Source: Callorhinchus milii (Eukaryota). Taken from it: 64,000 nucleotides of DNA. The translations under genes were made by a program, and so were the position numbers. The notes beneath the pieces are model-generated. The model did not search any database, had not been told where the DNA came from, and saw only the letters and a list, made by a program, of their open reading frames with translations. Numbering within the stretch: the first letter of the stretch is position 1; the number at the start of each line of letters is the position of its first letter. Positions 62,388 through 64,000 of this stretch are shown piece after piece. The DNA lies in the NCBI RefSeq assembly GCF_018977255.1, contig NW_024704743.1:87608001-87672000 (forward strand). The letters are read 5' to 3'.

Positions 62388-63043
62388 ACCTCCCTCCACA
62401 AGCTGCAGGTCATTCAGAACTCTGCAGCTCGTGTACTGTCCCGCACCAGGCTTCGCGACCACATCACTCCCACCCTCGCTCGCCTCCACTGGCTCCCCAT
62501 CCCCCAGAGGATTGATTTCAAGATCCTCATCCTCACCTACAAGGCCATTCACGGCCTTGCTCCCTCCTACCTCTCCAACCTACTATCCCCCTACCTACCT
62601 GCCCGTACCCTCCGTTCCTCTGGCTCTGGTCTGCTCCACGTCCCCCGCCCCAACCGCCCTACCATCGGTGGTCGGGCCTTCAGCCTCTCAGCCCCCAAGC
62701 TCTGGAACTCCATCCCCCAGTGCCTTCGCCGCCTCCTCCCTTTCCTCCTTCAAGGCCGGTCTCAAAACCTTTCTCTTTGACCGTGCCTTCAGCTCCCCTC
62801 TCGACTCTCTTCCCCCTCCTCGCTCCCTCCCTTCCCTCCCCTCACCCTGACCATTTCCCCCTCCTTGCTCCCTCCCTTCCCTCACCCTGACCATTTCCCC
62901 CTCCTCGCTCCCTCCCTTCCCTCCCCTCACCCTGACCATTTCCCCCCTGCTCGGGTCATGACCCAACTGTGCAGCGCCTTGGGACGTCCTCCTGACGTGA
63001 AAGGCGCTTTATAAATGGAATCTTGTTGTTGTTGTTGTTGTTG
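62388..63043 (+). mobile_element. Young L2 (subfamily A) 3' fragment inserted in a SINE tail, with a triplicated 3' UTR unit
   Basis: LHKLQVIQNSAAR..LARLHWLPIPQRIDFKIL; (TAA)n on both flanks; (TTG)n tail. Confidence 0.95.
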
Positions 63044-63243
63044 TAATAATCCTTGCATTTGGTATAGCGCTTTTCACGTCGGGAGGACGTCCCAAAACGC
63101 TTCACAGAACACACTGTAAAGTGAATTGACTATATTTGTGGGTGAACGCGGCAGCCAATTGCGCACAGCAATGTCCCACAAACAGTCGTAGATTGAAAAT
63201 GACCAATTTTATTATTGTTTTTGGTTTTTGGAGGGATTATTAT
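63044..63243 (-). mobile_element. Young SINE 3' half (rest of tail displaced to 62368..62387)
   Basis: Reverse complement of the family 3' half. Confidence 0.93.
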
Positions 63244-63659
63244 CTTGGCCTATAGATGTGAGTTTTCATTTGTATGAATGGGATTATGTTTGCTGTATAT
63301 AATAGATCTCCCATCTTGAAAAGACAAAAAAAATCAAGCCCATTTATTAAGCACTTTCTAGCTTCTTTTGCCCAGCAAGTTTACTGGAAATATTTAATGG
63401 TTTAAACCAGTATGTATGCATGATTTGAATTCTCCGAGTTAAAAACTTTACAATCCAACGTTGACTGCACAAAAAATGTTGATCACAAATTCTTGTTTGA
63501 TTTTAATGACTGATTCATTTTTGTCAAATAAGCCAGTACCCTGGCCTAAGGCCTACGTGAGCCTAGCATTTTCCTTTATGATCTTTTGTTGGAGTCTTGG
63601 GGCCTTTTTCTAGCTGAGATATGGTTGAAAGCAAAATCTTGGTTGTGATCACACTATTA

Positions 63660-64000
63660 ATCCTGTACTTTAGTGGTTAGAGCACTCGCCTCACAAGCGG
63701 GTGAACTGGATTCAATTCCCAGCAGGGCGAACTTTGGGCATGTTTCCTTACTCCACATCCCTCTGTTTACCTAGCAGTAAGAAAGAACTCAGTGGTAGGT
63801 TGATTTGTGGATTGCTTTTCTGGGGTTAATAATTCCTTCAAAAAAAATAATAATTTGGTCGCTCAATCCACGACTGTTTGTAGGACACTGCTGTGTGCAA
63901 TTGGCTGCTGCATTTCGCCCACAAAATATACAGTCAATTCACTTTACAGTATATTCTGTGAAGCGCTTTGAGACATCTTGAAGATGTGATAAGGCGCTAT
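63660..64000 (+). mobile_element. tRNA-derived SINE, long form (3' end cut by window edge)
   Basis: Head, CTCTGTTTACCTAGCAGTAA block, Deu 3' block. Confidence 0.9.

Noticed and set aside
1..64000. CRISPR array or prokaryote-type system
   Set aside because: Repeats are dispersed retroposons with irregular spacing; the sequence is eukaryotic and has no operon-like ORF density.

Overview
This is AT-rich, CpG-depleted vertebrate DNA from an intron or intergenic region. The repeat content points to a cartilaginous fish, probably a chimaera (holocephalan); that is an inference from the repeats, not a database result. I could not identify any host protein-coding exon, RNA gene or CRISPR array. Every ORF with a recognisable translation comes from a retroposon. 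Contents: (1) about 20 full or partial copies of a young tRNA-Ala-derived SINE (tRNA head + CORE-like block + 3' half of the Deu domain + L2-type stem-loop + (ATT)n tail), in long and short forms; (2) many older full-Deu-domain SINE relics; (3) L2-clade LINE fragments of two subfamilies, the longest about 2.8 kb with decayed endonuclease and RT motifs; (4) CR1 fragments; (5) single relics resembling AmnSINE2, LF-SINE, a hAT-Blackjack MITE, a Penelope-derived palindrome and a solo LTR; (6) five same-orientation copies of a roughly 370-bp repeat I cannot classify. The best-supported points of interest are the SINE/L2 partnership (shared 3' stem-loop, reciprocal nesting, tail-primed TSDs), two LINE 5' junctions carrying locally templated filler DNA, the unclassified repeat, two long hairpins and a few candidate cis-regulatory sites (ERE, RFX X-box, CTCF). 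I found no convincing new multi-gene system. Family names come from my recollection of consensus sequences, and boundaries of old elements are approximate.
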